The position numbers were made by a program, and so were the translations under genes. The notes beneath the pieces are model-generated. The model saw only the letters and a list, made by a program, of their open reading frames with translations, did no database searches and had not been told where the DNA came from. From contig CAVTNB010000001.1 of assembly GCA_963736005.1 (NCBI GenBank), forward strand, positions 864,001 through 928,000: a DNA stretch of 64,000 nt, read 5' to 3'. Below, in pieces: positions 9,730-19,927 of the stretch (position 1 is the first letter of the stretch; each line of letters opens with the position of its first letter). This stretch comes from an uncultured Pseudomonadota bacterium. Its GTDB lineage: Bacteria; Vulcanimicrobiota; Vulcanimicrobiia; Eremiobacterales; Eremiobacteraceae.

Positions 9730-9803
9730 ACCACGGGTTCGGCTCCGGGGGCGCCCGAGTCGATGCGCCCAAACCTCATTTCAAGGTAACTAAGGAGACT
9801 TGG

Positions 9804-12800
9804 ATGAGATACTATATTGCATGCAGGATGCGAAAGATCGTTCTTATGATCGCCGCAGCCTCTTTTGTTTTGCTTATCACCGTTGTTTCTGACTCGAAGG
9901 TGTTCGCCAGCTCCACTGGCGTCATCAGCGGGACAGCAACTGATATGACGACGGGTGTCCCCATTGCAGACGTAGCCGTTTCTGCGGTATCCGGATCCGG
10001 AACCTACAAGGGGATTACGAACGCCCACGGTTTCTACTCAATGGCGGGCGTGTACGCCGATACGTACGCGGTCACGTTTTCTTCAGCAGGCTTCGAAGTT
10101 TACGTTGAAACCGGTGTTACGGTCTTCGCCGATCAAGTGGTGACGGTTGACGTCAAACTGAGGAAAGCGCCCACGCTGCTGAGTCGTATCGTCATTCGCG
10201 CCGCAGCGAGCGCATTCCAACCGTCACAGACGACCACCACGACCACCGTGAGCGCCGCGCAGGTCCAGAACTTTCAGGGTTCGGCGTTCAACATAAGTGA
10301 AACGAACCTCATCACCTCGCTGCCCGGCGCAATGGCCGACTCGTCCGGCTACCCGGTGATCCACGGTGGCCGCGAGTATGAGGAAGACTTCGAGTTCGAA
10401 GGCATTCCATATGTGGACGCTTACTCGAACCAGTTCACCAACTCTCTCGCGATTCCGACCGGTGGTGTCCAACTCTTGCAATTGACAACTGGTGCGGGTG
10501 ACGCGAGCCAAGCCGGTGGCGGAACCGGTGCCTTCAACGTAGTCGCCAAGCGCGGTACCTATCCAAGCTACGCACAGGTCGCCGTTGCCGCGGGTGGCCC
10601 CGGCTTCGACCATCGGCTCAACCTCGACGTTAGTTGGGCCACCCCAGACGGGCGCGTGTCGGATTACTTGTCGTTCGCGGGCGCCAACACCACTTTCCAG
10701 TATGGCAATGGAACCACGCCGGTCGTACAGCTCGGCAGCTACTTTTCATCCAACAACGAATTCGACCGCGAACTTCTCAACAACTTCAACTACCGTTTCG
10801 GCAACAACAACTCGCAGTCGCTGCAATTCTTCATCGACGTCGCGGACCACAACTTCTACCAGGGCGCGGGTGGTTTGACCGGACTGTGCTTTGCCAGCTG
10901 CGACCCGGTCTACGACTCGACTTGGGGTGGCATCTTTGGGTTCTCGACATCGCAAATACAGGGCTTGTCGGCGATGTATCCGGGGCAAACGACGCCCAAT
11001 GAGCTGCTCGCGTCAGCATTTGGCCGCTATCCGGCCACTTATTTCCAACCAAACTCGGCGATGAAACTCGAGTACACCCGCAACCTCGATTCATCCACGT
11101 ACTTCTCCGCGAAAGTCTACCAACAGATTTCGGTGGTGACATTCGACTTCCCCAGCACGGAAGGAAGCTTCGCCGGGGATGCCTATAATCGTCAGGGTGG
11201 TGAAACAACGGGCTTCACGCTCTCGTTGCAGAAGCAGCTGAACGACCGGAACCTGTTTACTTTTGGTGCCGACTATGGTTTGGTGCATCCAATCGACCAG
11301 TACCTTTCAACTTCCTACGGCCTCTACGGCGCCTTAATCAGTCCTTTGGATATCGCTGGGACCGTGTATGGCTTCATCCCCCCGAGCGACCCGAGCTGCC
11401 CGCTCGGTCCGGGAGGTTGCGGGTACGCCTACAATTTCCCAAACGCGCCGGCGCAACTAACCTACCCACAATTCGACCAGGTTTCGACGATCAATCGCCA
11501 AGACTACTCGGTTTACGCCAACGACAAGACGGACATCGGCAGCAAGCTCAAGGCCGAGATCGGCTTGCGCCTCGACATGGCGACCTATCGCTTGCCGGCG
11601 CCAGGCGTCGATCCGAACTACTGCACCACGGCGTACCAACCGGCGACGTGGACGGCTAATCCCGCATACAATAGCAGCGCTCCGCTTGGCAACGGCAATT
11701 GCCCGTTCAATGCGACCTACAACTTCACGAGCGAGGAAACCAGACCGAAGGTGCTTCAACCGCGCATCGGCCTGTCCTACGAAGTTACACCGACCACGGC
11801 CGTGCGTGTCACTTACGACCGCGGCGTCGCGTTCGTGCCGATCGCGTCGGTCGGTTTCGGCCAGGTCGACCCTGGCTATTACATCAACACACCATACGGT
11901 TCGTTGCCGGCTGTCAATCTATTCGGCGGCACGCAAACCAACTGCGGAATTTCACCGAATTATCTTGTACCGTGCAAAACCTTCGGCGAGCAGCTCTACT
12001 GGGCGTCTCAAAACTTCGACGGGATTCCATTTCAGCCGGCTCTTCCGATGACCGCGGACAACTACCAAATCAATTTGCAGACTCAGTTCACTGGGGGCAT
12101 CCTCAACGGCGTCGGGGTGAGCATCGCTCCGTGGCACCGCTTCCAGCACAACACGACTGCGAATGAAGCCTCGCCGGTTCTCGGACCCAACGGACTCCCG
12201 TTGGTCGTGAATGGAGCGGTCCAGTTCCTCCCGCCCGTTCTCAACAATCTGGGTAAGGAGTTCGCCACGGGCATAGACCTTAACATCACCCGCGAGAATG
12301 CCTACGGGCTCAGCGGACAGTTCACGGCCTCGTACATCAATGAGTTCTCGAGTGTCATTCCGACCAGTAGTTCGGAGGACTTCTATCCCAACATCGTCCC
12401 CGCATCGCTGCTCGTTGGTAACATCTATCGCGTCGGCTTCGTGTCGCCGCTCCAAACGACACTCGGGCTCACGTACAAGACGCACAGCGGCTGGCGCATC
12501 AATCCGCGTTTCTCCTACAACATCGGCTATCCGACTGGTCTTGGCACACTGTCGGCCGCCCTCGTCAACGGCACGGCGTTTAACCTGGCCAACACCAACG
12601 CACTCATCGGCAGCGCCCCCAACGGGCCGGCGTGTTTCGTCGACCCGGAAAATCCCGGCTCGGTCTTAAATCCGAACCTCGCGGCCTGCCGCGGTAACGC
12701 GGAAACTTCGTCTGCGGGTGGAGAACTCACACCGCCTAACTCGGTTGCCTCAATCACAATCGAATACGCGGCGCATCACTCGCCAATCACCTATGGTGTC

Positions 12801-13040
12801 GACGTGGAAAACATCTTCAACGAGACCTTCAACGGGCCGCTTTTCAACGCTCGCTATCAACCGATCGCGACCGGCATCACCGGACCGTTGACCGGTTTCT
12901 CGACAGATCCCACCAACTACACGAACTACCCCTCGGCCTGGCCGCAGTACCAGAATTACATTGGAGGCAAGCAAACTTACATTAATATCCCCGCGAATCC
13001 GGGAACCTCGTTCTATTTCTACGTCCAAGCGAGGACGTGA
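9804..13040 (+). CDS. TonB-dependent outer-membrane receptor with N-terminal carboxypeptidase-regulatory-like domain
   Basis: AAGGAG RBS; signal peptide; GVISGTATD...VPIADV...TNAHGFY; plug SLPG...IHGG; barrel motifs LQPRIGLSY, VENIFN and terminal FYFYVQ. Confidence 0.88.
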   Translation: MRYYIACRMRKIVLMIAAASFVLLITVVSDSKVFASSTGVISGTATDMTTGVPIADVAVSAVSGSGTYKGITNAHGFYSMAGVYADTYAVTFSSAGFEVYVETGVTVFADQVVTVDVKLRKAPTLLSRIVIRAAASAFQPSQTTTTTTVSAAQVQNFQGSAFNISETNLITSLPGAMADSSGYPVIHGGREYEEDFEFEGIPYVDAYSNQFTNSLAIPTGGVQLLQLTTGAGDASQAGGGTGAFNVVAKRGTYPSYAQVAVAAGGPGFDHRLNLDVSWATPDGRVSDYLSFAGANTTFQYGNGTTPVVQLGSYFSSNNEFDRELLNNFNYRFGNNNSQSLQFFIDVADHNFYQGAGGLTGLCFASCDPVYDSTWGGIFGFSTSQIQGLSAMYPGQTTPNELLASAFGRYPATYFQPNSAMKLEYTRNLDSSTYFSAKVYQQISVVTFDFPSTEGSFAGDAYNRQGGETTGFTLSLQKQLNDRNLFTFGADYGLVHPIDQYLSTSYGLYGALISPLDIAGTVYGFIPPSDPSCPLGPGGCGYAYNFPNAPAQLTYPQFDQVSTINRQDYSVYANDKTDIGSKLKAEIGLRLDMATYRLPAPGVDPNYCTTAYQPATWTANPAYNSSAPLGNGNCPFNATYNFTSEETRPKVLQPRIGLSYEVTPTTAVRVTYDRGVAFVPIASVGFGQVDPGYYINTPYGSLPAVNLFGGTQTNCGISPNYLVPCKTFGEQLYWASQNFDGIPFQPALPMTADNYQINLQTQFTGGILNGVGVSIAPWHRFQHNTTANEASPVLGPNGLPLVVNGAVQFLPPVLNNLGKEFATGIDLNITRENAYGLSGQFTASYINEFSSVIPTSSSEDFYPNIVPASLLVGNIYRVGFVSPLQTTLGLTYKTHSGWRINPRFSYNIGYPTGLGTLSAALVNGTAFNLANTNALIGSAPNGPACFVDPENPGSVLNPNLAACRGNAETSSAGGELTPPNSVASITIEYAAHHSPITYGVDVENIFNETFNGPLFNARYQPIATGITGPLTGFSTDPTNYTNYPSAWPQYQNYIGGKQTYINIPANPGTSFYFYVQART

Positions 13041-13041
13041 C

Positions 13042-14244
13042 ATGCGCATCATGAAAGCACTCAATAGGACGTTTGGTCTCGCGGTCGCGGCGGCACTGCT
13101 GGTAGCGTGTGCGACCAATGGCGTCGCAAAAGTCCCGAGCACAAATCAGGCGAACCTCGCATCCAATAAGCTGCAATTTGCCGTTGGTACCGCGAGAATC
13201 GGACAGGACAGTGCTGTGGGGGTGAACTTCGTGGCGACATTGCGCCAGCCTAACGGTCTAACCGGCGTACTCGCGAGCACTCCGGCGATCACTGGGCCGG
13301 CTGGCTTCGTGGTCCCGGCTGGCGCAACCGGTGCGTACACTAATGCAGGTCCGAACCTCGACGCGGGCACCAACCACATCAGCAGCTCACCGCAGGTCCC
13401 TCTCAACAACGCCGGGCTCGTCAATACCACACTCGGCACGTTTAGCGGTGTCTACACGTACGGCCTGGGGCCGTTCAACTCGGACCAAAGCACGGTTAGC
13501 GGTGGATACTATCCCGGTAGTCCGAATGCCACCGCAGGGAATGGATTCACATCGTCGACCTACAACGGCACGTCGCTGGTCGCCCTCGCGATCGGTAGCG
13601 GGGATGCGATCCAGCCATTGCCGTACTTTTCAGCGGATCCGATGGCGTATATCACGGGTCCGCCAGCGGTGCCGTTCTTTAACGACGGAACATTTCCGAC
13701 GAACTTTGCAGGATACTCTCCTGGTTTTACGCCGGTGGAAATTGCACCGGTTTCAGGATCGTACACCATGAAGGTAAGAGTAGTTGCACAGAATGCGGCT
13801 CCGTTCACCTACTCGGCGACCGCGACGCTCACCTCGGCTGCGCCGTTGCCGGCCATGCCGGCGCCGACGTTCACCGGTGACGGCGCTGGAGGTGGAACTG
13901 GCACGGTGAATGTACCAGCTGGCGTCACGGAGACGATGGTGTACATCGTCGACGCAAATGCCGGCCCGCTGTTCTACGCCGTCGGGCCGATCAACGGCGC
14001 CGGCACGCAGCCGTTCGCATTGCCCGATCATCTCGGCAAGTGCATTGGCACGGGATGCCAAAACGGTGCCGGTGCAAGCAACTCGCTGAATACAGGGGAC
14101 ATCTACTTCATCTCGGCGGTCGGATATGACTATCCGGCCTTCGAAGCCGGGCCTCCAGGAAACAGACAACAAAGGCCCACCATCACTGGAGCGAATGGAC
14201 AAGCGGACATCACCATGTCCCCAGTGGTGCAAGGAACCTACTAG
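13042..14244 (+). CDS. Gly/Pro/Thr-rich lipoprotein partnered with the TonB receptor
   Basis: ATG 1 nt after the receptor stop; lipobox LLVAC. Confidence 0.8.
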   Translation: MRIMKALNRTFGLAVAAALLVACATNGVAKVPSTNQANLASNKLQFAVGTARIGQDSAVGVNFVATLRQPNGLTGVLASTPAITGPAGFVVPAGATGAYTNAGPNLDAGTNHISSSPQVPLNNAGLVNTTLGTFSGVYTYGLGPFNSDQSTVSGGYYPGSPNATAGNGFTSSTYNGTSLVALAIGSGDAIQPLPYFSADPMAYITGPPAVPFFNDGTFPTNFAGYSPGFTPVEIAPVSGSYTMKVRVVAQNAAPFTYSATATLTSAAPLPAMPAPTFTGDGAGGGTGTVNVPAGVTETMVYIVDANAGPLFYAVGPINGAGTQPFALPDHLGKCIGTGCQNGAGASNSLNTGDIYFISAVGYDYPAFEAGPPGNRQQRPTITGANGQADITMSPVVQGTY

Positions 14245-14265
14245 TCCTAGGCGACTAGCGGTAGG

Positions 14266-14297
14266 AAAGGGGGTGCGGTTTTGACTTCGCCCCTTTT
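14266..14297 (+). terminator. Probable intrinsic terminator
   Basis: AAAGGGGGTG...CGCCCCTTTT imperfect hairpin after the lipoprotein stop. Confidence 0.5.
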
Positions 14298-14390
14298 GTC
14301 TAGTCATAGTCCGATCAGAAAGGGCTAGGCGAGTTCGCTGATCGGCGTCCGCTGAAACAACGGATTGAGAAACTAAAGCCACGGCCCCCC

Positions 14391-14906
14391 TTGAGTATTG
14401 CGGCCGCACCGCGAATTGAGGATTTGGTTATGCTCGCGCGCCCAACAAAAGGAGTCACGCAGCCACTCGGTCTGGTCATCGTAATTCATATCAACGGTAC
14501 AATCGATGTCGCGTCAAAGTTACCCGTTGTCGAACGACTGGTCGACGACGTCAAGAAGCAATTCACAAACATTGATGCAGACCGACGATTTCTCGTCTTT
14601 GGTGATCTGCTAATCGATCGGGAGCTCCAAGAGGTGACTCGCGGGTCGCGCCCAGTTCATCTCGAGCCAATGGAATACTCTCTACTAGAATGTCTCGTGC
14701 TCAACCACGACCGTGTTGTTTCCAAAAGTCATCTGAACTCTACCGTTTTTAAGAATTCAAATTTCAGAAATTCGAAAGCTAAGCCGTTCAATTTGCTTTG
14801 TGTGTGCGTTAACCAGTTGCGCAAGAAGATCGATAGGGGTCGGAGCGCCCGCCTGATACACACGCGCCGCGGTTTTGGCTATTACCTGCGAACGCCGTCG
14901 GGGTAG
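14391..14906 (+). CDS. OmpR/PhoB-type winged-helix DNA-binding protein without a receiver domain (start uncertain)
   Basis: FGDLLID...LEPMEYSLL...LRKKID...IHTRRGFGY; N-terminal part lacks receiver motifs. Confidence 0.8.
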   Translation: MSIAAAPRIEDLVMLARPTKGVTQPLGLVIVIHINGTIDVASKLPVVERLVDDVKKQFTNIDADRRFLVFGDLLIDRELQEVTRGSRPVHLEPMEYSLLECLVLNHDRVVSKSHLNSTVFKNSNFRNSKAKPFNLLCVCVNQLRKKIDRGRSARLIHTRRGFGYYLRTPSG

Positions 14907-15429
14907 CAGCACCTCCGTTCATGCCAGAGACATTTACAGGCGATAAGACCCAATTTACTTGATAAGACTGGTGGATCGATCGAGACCTTAGATGCAAGTC
15001 GGCGCCTCAACGACCAATCCACTCTCGGCGCTTCCCAATTCAGTCGATCAATTGCAAATCCACACTTAAAGTATCACTTGTATCACGCAACAAACGCGAG
15101 GACGCGATGGATATCGAGGTCGGTGAGCGCCATTATTTCGAGCATGCGTGGGCTAGCGGAGTAAACAGCCCTTCAACTCGGGTCTGACCTCTGACGCGTT
15201 GTTATCGGCCTGGGCCGCTAAAGACGCTTTATGAAGCCTTTAATTTTTCTTACCACCACCCGGAATTTACGCGGAAGAGTTAGCAAGGATGCGTGCCTCG
15301 ACAATTCTGTGACCACGAGCGAAAGCGCGTGTCAGGGTTAGGCGGATGTATGGAGAATCGCCTGAGGGGCCTTACCATCTTTGCTATGCTGATGATTCTT
15401 TCTGGGAGTGACAGAGATGGTGACGGGCT

Positions 15430-16137
15430 TCACGCACCACTTCCTGATAAGTATAGCGCATGAGCGGCATCGTAGACGCCATGACCGATTATGACAATCC
15501 ATAGGTTTCGCCCACCAAACACAAAGATCAAACCGAAGAACAGGCCGATCGCACCGGTCAGGATCATTCCATAGAGTTGTTGATATCCATGCGAAAGCCC
15601 GAACAGCGCCGCCTGAACTATGATGGCGAGAATCCACGCGGGGTTTGACCGTCCAAAAATATATGCGAGGCGGGTCAGAATAAATCCGCGGAAAATAAAT
15701 TCTTCGACAAAACCAACAATCAACAGACTGATAGCAATACGCTGCGCCACCAGCCACGGGTTCCCCCTTAGTTCGGTTCCAATATCTCCCAGCCGATTCG
15801 TTCCATGATCGAGATGTTCCAGAATCACAACCACAGCAAACACGATTGCTGCCGTAAGCAGACCCAGAAGGATCGTGCGAACGACGCTGCTCGGCCTCCC
15901 GAGACCGATTGCTGAAAGCCCTTCACCATTTAGCTTCAGCAGGAGCGCCGCAAAGAGCACCCACAGAATAAAAAGTATGCTCGACGCGACAATACGATTG
16001 GTACCGCCCACATTGAAGCCATGCTGGATCATCAGCTTCTCCGCCAATGGCGGAACGATTACGACGAAGGCGAGGATCAAAACGATTTCGAGCAAATCGC
16101 GAATGGCAAGCGCGACCTGCCACTTTTGGCTATTCAC
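15430..16137 (-). CDS. CPBP (Abi/CAAX) intramembrane glutamic metalloprotease
   Basis: EEFIFRG, LFGLSH, IIGHGVYD; GGAGG RBS before GTG 16137. Confidence 0.88.
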   Translation of the reverse strand: MNSQKWQVALAIRDLLEIVLILAFVVIVPPLAEKLMIQHGFNVGGTNRIVASSILFILWVLFAALLLKLNGEGLSAIGLGRPSSVVRTILLGLLTAAIVFAVVVILEHLDHGTNRLGDIGTELRGNPWLVAQRIAISLLIVGFVEEFIFRGFILTRLAYIFGRSNPAWILAIIVQAALFGLSHGYQQLYGMILTGAIGLFFGLIFVFGGRNLWIVIIGHGVYDAAHALYLSGSGA

Positions 16138-16298
16138 AGGCGTCCTCCACCTAACGAGAATTGAACCGAAATCACCCCAGATGGCCGAGGGTTTTCGACT
16201 CCAAATTGCCGTCATCCGGCAAGATCCCTAAAATCAGGGGAAAGGCGTCGGCATTGGAAAACCTTGCGCGTCCCCGTGTCGCCCAACTCCGGGACTCA

Positions 16299-16389
16299 GT
16301 CAAAATGCGATCGGGATCAGCATTGCGACGCCTCCTCGTTCGGTCGGTTCAAAACGGGAACTTCCATCCCCCGCAATTCCCTAACGAAC
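16299..16389 (+). repeat. att-like junction with tRNA-fMet 3' core (direct orientation)
   Basis: Contains TCCATCCCCCGCAATTCCC; inverted homolog at 9415-9504. Confidence 0.85.
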
Positions 16390-16407
16390 AAGACTCTATC
16401 AGCGGAG

Positions 16408-16453
16408 CGCCGTATCGGTAGGATATAGGCGACCTTTGGTTTGCGCACTCTTG
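16408..16453 (-). pseudogene. Third recombinase 3' remnant
   Basis: Translates RVRKPKVAYILPIRR. Confidence 0.7.
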
Positions 16454-16473
16454 CTCATGATTGAAGTAGCACT

Positions 16474-17220
16474 ATGAAGAGCATTTTTTACATTGCCCTG
16501 GTTTTCGCATTTGGTAGCGCCGCCGCCGCTGGCAACACCATTTCGACAAGCGCCATTGCAGATGCGAAGAGGCCCGCCGTTGCGATCATCTGTAATGGGG
16601 CAACTGGTATTGCCGGAACGGGGTTCCTGATAAGAAGCGATGGTTACTTCGTAACCGCATCTCATGTGGTCCGAAAACTGGCTGCCATAAGTGGAAAATC
16701 TGGTTGCCAACCGATGGTCGAAATAGAAAGAGGTGGGTGGGGATCTCAAAACGGCCCACAAATAATCCTTGAAGTATTCCCGTTCGACCTCACCAAATGC
16801 GCGAGCGATGCGACAGTGGATGCTGCCGCGTGCCTCACGACCAGCAATCCATTCTTTGATGAGTACACTAAGAGGTACGTCCGCTCGGTTGTTTTTGATC
16901 GCGGTGATACCCAACTGGCAGACGGCACGGAAACCATTTTCGTCGGGTTTCCCTTCAATCACCAACCTCCAATAACTATGAGAGGTTGGATCGCCGCCTA
17001 TGACTACGACCTGCCCACCAATGAACCCGAACTCATTATCGGCGTTAATTGTTGGCCAGGAAGCAGCGGTAGTCCAGTTTTTAGTGACGGAAAGATCGTG
17101 GGCATGGTTGTTGGAACGAGGGCGAATGAACCGGGATTGTGCTATGCTCGACCGGCAAGAGAAATTATTCAATTCTTGCACGCGCAGAATATCCCGGTGA
17201 TCGTCAAAGGGGCTCATTGA
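16474..17220 (+). CDS. Secreted trypsin-like (S1) serine protease
   Basis: Signal peptide; GTGF...TASHV (His), DAA (Asp), GSSGSPV (Ser). Confidence 0.88.
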   Translation: MKSIFYIALVFAFGSAAAAGNTISTSAIADAKRPAVAIICNGATGIAGTGFLIRSDGYFVTASHVVRKLAAISGKSGCQPMVEIERGGWGSQNGPQIILEVFPFDLTKCASDATVDAAACLTTSNPFFDEYTKRYVRSVVFDRGDTQLADGTETIFVGFPFNHQPPITMRGWIAAYDYDLPTNEPELIIGVNCWPGSSGSPVFSDGKIVGMVVGTRANEPGLCYARPAREIIQFLHAQNIPVIVKGAH

Positions 17221-17241
17221 CTCTCGTCCAAGGCTCCCGCC

Positions 17242-17922
17242 ATGCAAAGTTCGCAACCGATTGGCTTTCTCTTTGACCTTGACGGCACGCTCATCGATAG
17301 CGTGTACTTGCAGGTGCTAGCCTGGCACAAAGCACTTGGCAACGCCGGCGTATGGTTGTCCATCTGGCGCATCCACCGGCGCATCGGTATGAGCGGCGGC
17401 CTTATGATCAACGCCCTTGCGCGCGAAGTGGGGCGCGACTTTTCCAAAGCTGAGATCGAGCAGCTGCAAAACGATCACGAGTCCGAATACACGAAGATGC
17501 TCGCCTACGTTCGTCCTCTACCGGGCTCCAATGAGCTCCTGGCCGTGCTCTCGGCGGCTGGTATACCACTTGCAATCGCGACCAGCGGCCGAGCGACAAA
17601 GGCGCATCAGTCATTAAGCGTGCTCAAAGTTCCAGCCGACGTTCCGATAATCACTCGCGACGATGTCGCGCACGCAAAACCTGACCCCGATCTCTTTCTC
17701 GCCGCTGCCGCGCGTCTCTCGTTGGCGCCCGAGAACTGTTTAGTGGTCGGCGACAGCGTTTGGGACATCCTAGCCGCGCGTAGAGCGCGTGCGTTAGGTG
17801 TTGGATTGCTTTCTGGCGGATATGGTCGCGAAGAGCTTGTGCAAGCAGGCGCATATCGAGTGTACGATGACCCCGCGGATCTTCTCGCTCATCTTGATGA
17901 GGTCGGAGTCCGCAGCCTCTGA
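17242..17922 (+). CDS. HAD-family hydrolase
   Basis: FDLDGTLIDS, ATSG, KPDPD, VGDSVWD. Confidence 0.93.
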   Translation: MQSSQPIGFLFDLDGTLIDSVYLQVLAWHKALGNAGVWLSIWRIHRRIGMSGGLMINALAREVGRDFSKAEIEQLQNDHESEYTKMLAYVRPLPGSNELLAVLSAAGIPLAIATSGRATKAHQSLSVLKVPADVPIITRDDVAHAKPDPDLFLAAAARLSLAPENCLVVGDSVWDILAARRARALGVGLLSGGYGREELVQAGAYRVYDDPADLLAHLDEVGVRSL

Positions 17923-18015
17923 TTTTACGGGCGCGAATGGCCCTTCCAGCTCGCATCATATGCATCTAAACTCGAGGGGGGCCCTTGGACACACCTCAGC
18001 GTCGGCCGATAGTTA

Positions 18016-19743
18016 ATGAAAGACCGTCTGCGCCCGGAAAGCTGGATGGAAAGCCAAGAACGCGACGTCGTCCTCGAGATCCTTCAGGCAGGTGATAGCT
18101 CGGCATGGCAACTTCTGCCAGACAAACCTGCCGGGTATCCGATTGTCATCCGCAACGGAACATCAGAGAGCCACGATGTTGAGATAAACGTTGTCGACCG
18201 CATCGATTGGGCGACAGTCAACCCGGCACGCTTGGCTTTGCGACCGGGAAGGGAAGCCACCACCCAACTTCTCTTGGCTGCCGGTACAGAAACAAGTGCT
18301 CCCGCTGGGGAATATCCCCTCACCCTGGAGCTACATGACTTCGAGGGCACGTGCTTAGGACAGCTCTCGGCGAGCGTGTACATCGTTCCCTACTATCGTC
18401 TGGAGATGTCTATTCGGGTGCGCGGTCCGCTCTTGCGGCGCAGCCTCGTGGAGGGTTTTGTTCTCCATTGCAAGATCGTCAACCGGGGCAATGCCGAGTG
18501 CGCCGTACAACCGCAGTCCGATGATGACTCCTGCATCATTCTTACCTCTCCAACAGTCCGCATCCCGGTCAGAGGCGAGGTCTCATTCGATATCGAGGCA
18601 CGATGGCAATCCAATCCAATGCGATCGTATCCAGCGGCGGTAAGAGTGCGCACGAGATATCCGCACGGGGAAGTCGTCGCTGAAATGCCATGGGACGATG
18701 TAGTTGCGAGTCTGGGTTCGCTGATCCCACCTCTGCAAGAGGATGAAGGATTTCCCGAGATCATCACGTTGAAATCCATCGCTCGACACGATCCAACGCT
18801 CTTCGAGCCAATGATGCTCGAATCCGAAAGCCCGCAACGCGCGCTCCTCCCCGCGGAGCCACCCGTCAATCCCCCGCCGCGAACGGATCTGCCTTTTCAC
18901 TCGGATAGCTCATCGACACCCATGCGCGTCGAGATCTCACCGACAAGACGAATGAAATACACGTATGGTCGGAGATTGAATCCATGGTGGCCGCCGGCGG
19001 AATGTTTTGGTGGACGCTGGCGCGTCAAAGCACTGCCTATCGTGGCTGTAGCCTTAATATGTTGCGGATTGTTCGTGGCGACAAGGTTGGAAGGCGAGCG
19101 CACACGTGTCCAGACGACTGCGGCGAGTCGCACCAACGCCTTCGCAGTACACGCGCGACGACCAGCTAGGGTTTTTGCAAGCCATCGCGTCGTCGCGCGA
19201 CGAACGCACGGTGAGCCCCCCCGTCTAGTGGTCGAAAAGCGCAAAAGGGTAGTCCTTGCACGACCTGCCTTCGCGTCTCCGGCCCCGCTTCACAGGTCGA
19301 CCCCAAATGAACCCTCAATCCGTAGTGCCGCCGTTTTGACACATCCGGCAGCCGCCGCGGCCAGCGGCAAGGCGCTCACAGGAGTCCGTCAACTTCTCCC
19401 ATGCAACACTGGGACTCAGCAGGCGCTCGCAAATCCGACGTCTGGAAGCGACGGTGTGTCAACGAAGGTGCGTCAGATAAGAATCGTGGCTTCCGGAAAC
19501 AATAACAACCTCTTTAGTACCCACAATGAGTGGATTCTCACGCTCAGCGATAACACTGGCGTGGTATTGACAGGGGGCAGCTTAAGTTTGGTGTCGGATC
19601 CGACGGGGCCGCATCCCTATCCATCGGATTTTTACTATAGTTCGAACATTCCGATGCTTACTGCGGGTCGCAGATACCAAGCTTTCCTCAGTAAACCGAG
19701 CGGCGCATGCGCACCGCAATCGCTGGGCTCGTTCTCAACGTAG
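18016..19743 (+). CDS. Modular membrane hypothetical protein (two Ig-like N-terminal domains, Pro-rich linker, TM, extracellular domain)
   Basis: IRNGTS...LRPGREA...PAGEYPLTL Ig-like pattern; TM LPIVAVALICCGLFVA; Cys pair in the C-terminal domain. Confidence 0.65.
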   Translation: MKDRLRPESWMESQERDVVLEILQAGDSSAWQLLPDKPAGYPIVIRNGTSESHDVEINVVDRIDWATVNPARLALRPGREATTQLLLAAGTETSAPAGEYPLTLELHDFEGTCLGQLSASVYIVPYYRLEMSIRVRGPLLRRSLVEGFVLHCKIVNRGNAECAVQPQSDDDSCIILTSPTVRIPVRGEVSFDIEARWQSNPMRSYPAAVRVRTRYPHGEVVAEMPWDDVVASLGSLIPPLQEDEGFPEIITLKSIARHDPTLFEPMMLESESPQRALLPAEPPVNPPPRTDLPFHSDSSSTPMRVEISPTRRMKYTYGRRLNPWWPPAECFGGRWRVKALPIVAVALICCGLFVATRLEGERTRVQTTAASRTNAFAVHARRPARVFASHRVVARRTHGEPPRLVVEKRKRVVLARPAFASPAPLHRSTPNEPSIRSAAVLTHPAAAAASGKALTGVRQLLPCNTGTQQALANPTSGSDGVSTKVRQIRIVASGNNNNLFSTHNEWILTLSDNTGVVLTGGSLSLVSDPTGPHPYPSDFYYSSNIPMLTAGRRYQAFLSKPSGACAPQSLGSFST

Positions 19744-19920
19744 TTATTGCAAGCGGGGCTTGGGCCGGTATTCCAAGTCCTCAGGTTGGAAGCGGTGCTC
19801 GATCAACTCGCCATCGTTCTTCTTGTAGCGAACCACGATCGTGCGCGTGTCCACTTCGATGACTTGCCCTTCGACGCTAAGGTTCTTGATAAACACGTGA
19901 TCGCCGTGTCGTAGTTCCAT
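19744..19920 (-). CDS. Small SH3/KOW-like hypothetical protein
   Basis: MELRHGDHVFIK...GQVIEV...F.PEDLE; starts 7 nt after the upstream stop. Confidence 0.65.
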   Translation of the reverse strand: MELRHGDHVFIKNLSVEGQVIEVDTRTIVVRYKKNDGELIEHRFQPEDLEYRPKPRLQ

Positions 19921-19927
19921 CCAGATT

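Noticed and set aside
14907..15429. Riboswitch or ncRNA in a long intergenic region
   Set aside because: No recognisable motif by eye; only a 26-codon ORF near 15107. An Rfam scan would be needed.
16340..16381. Second tRNA gene
   Set aside because: Only the 3' core is present, with no D or anticodon arm; it is an att-like copy.
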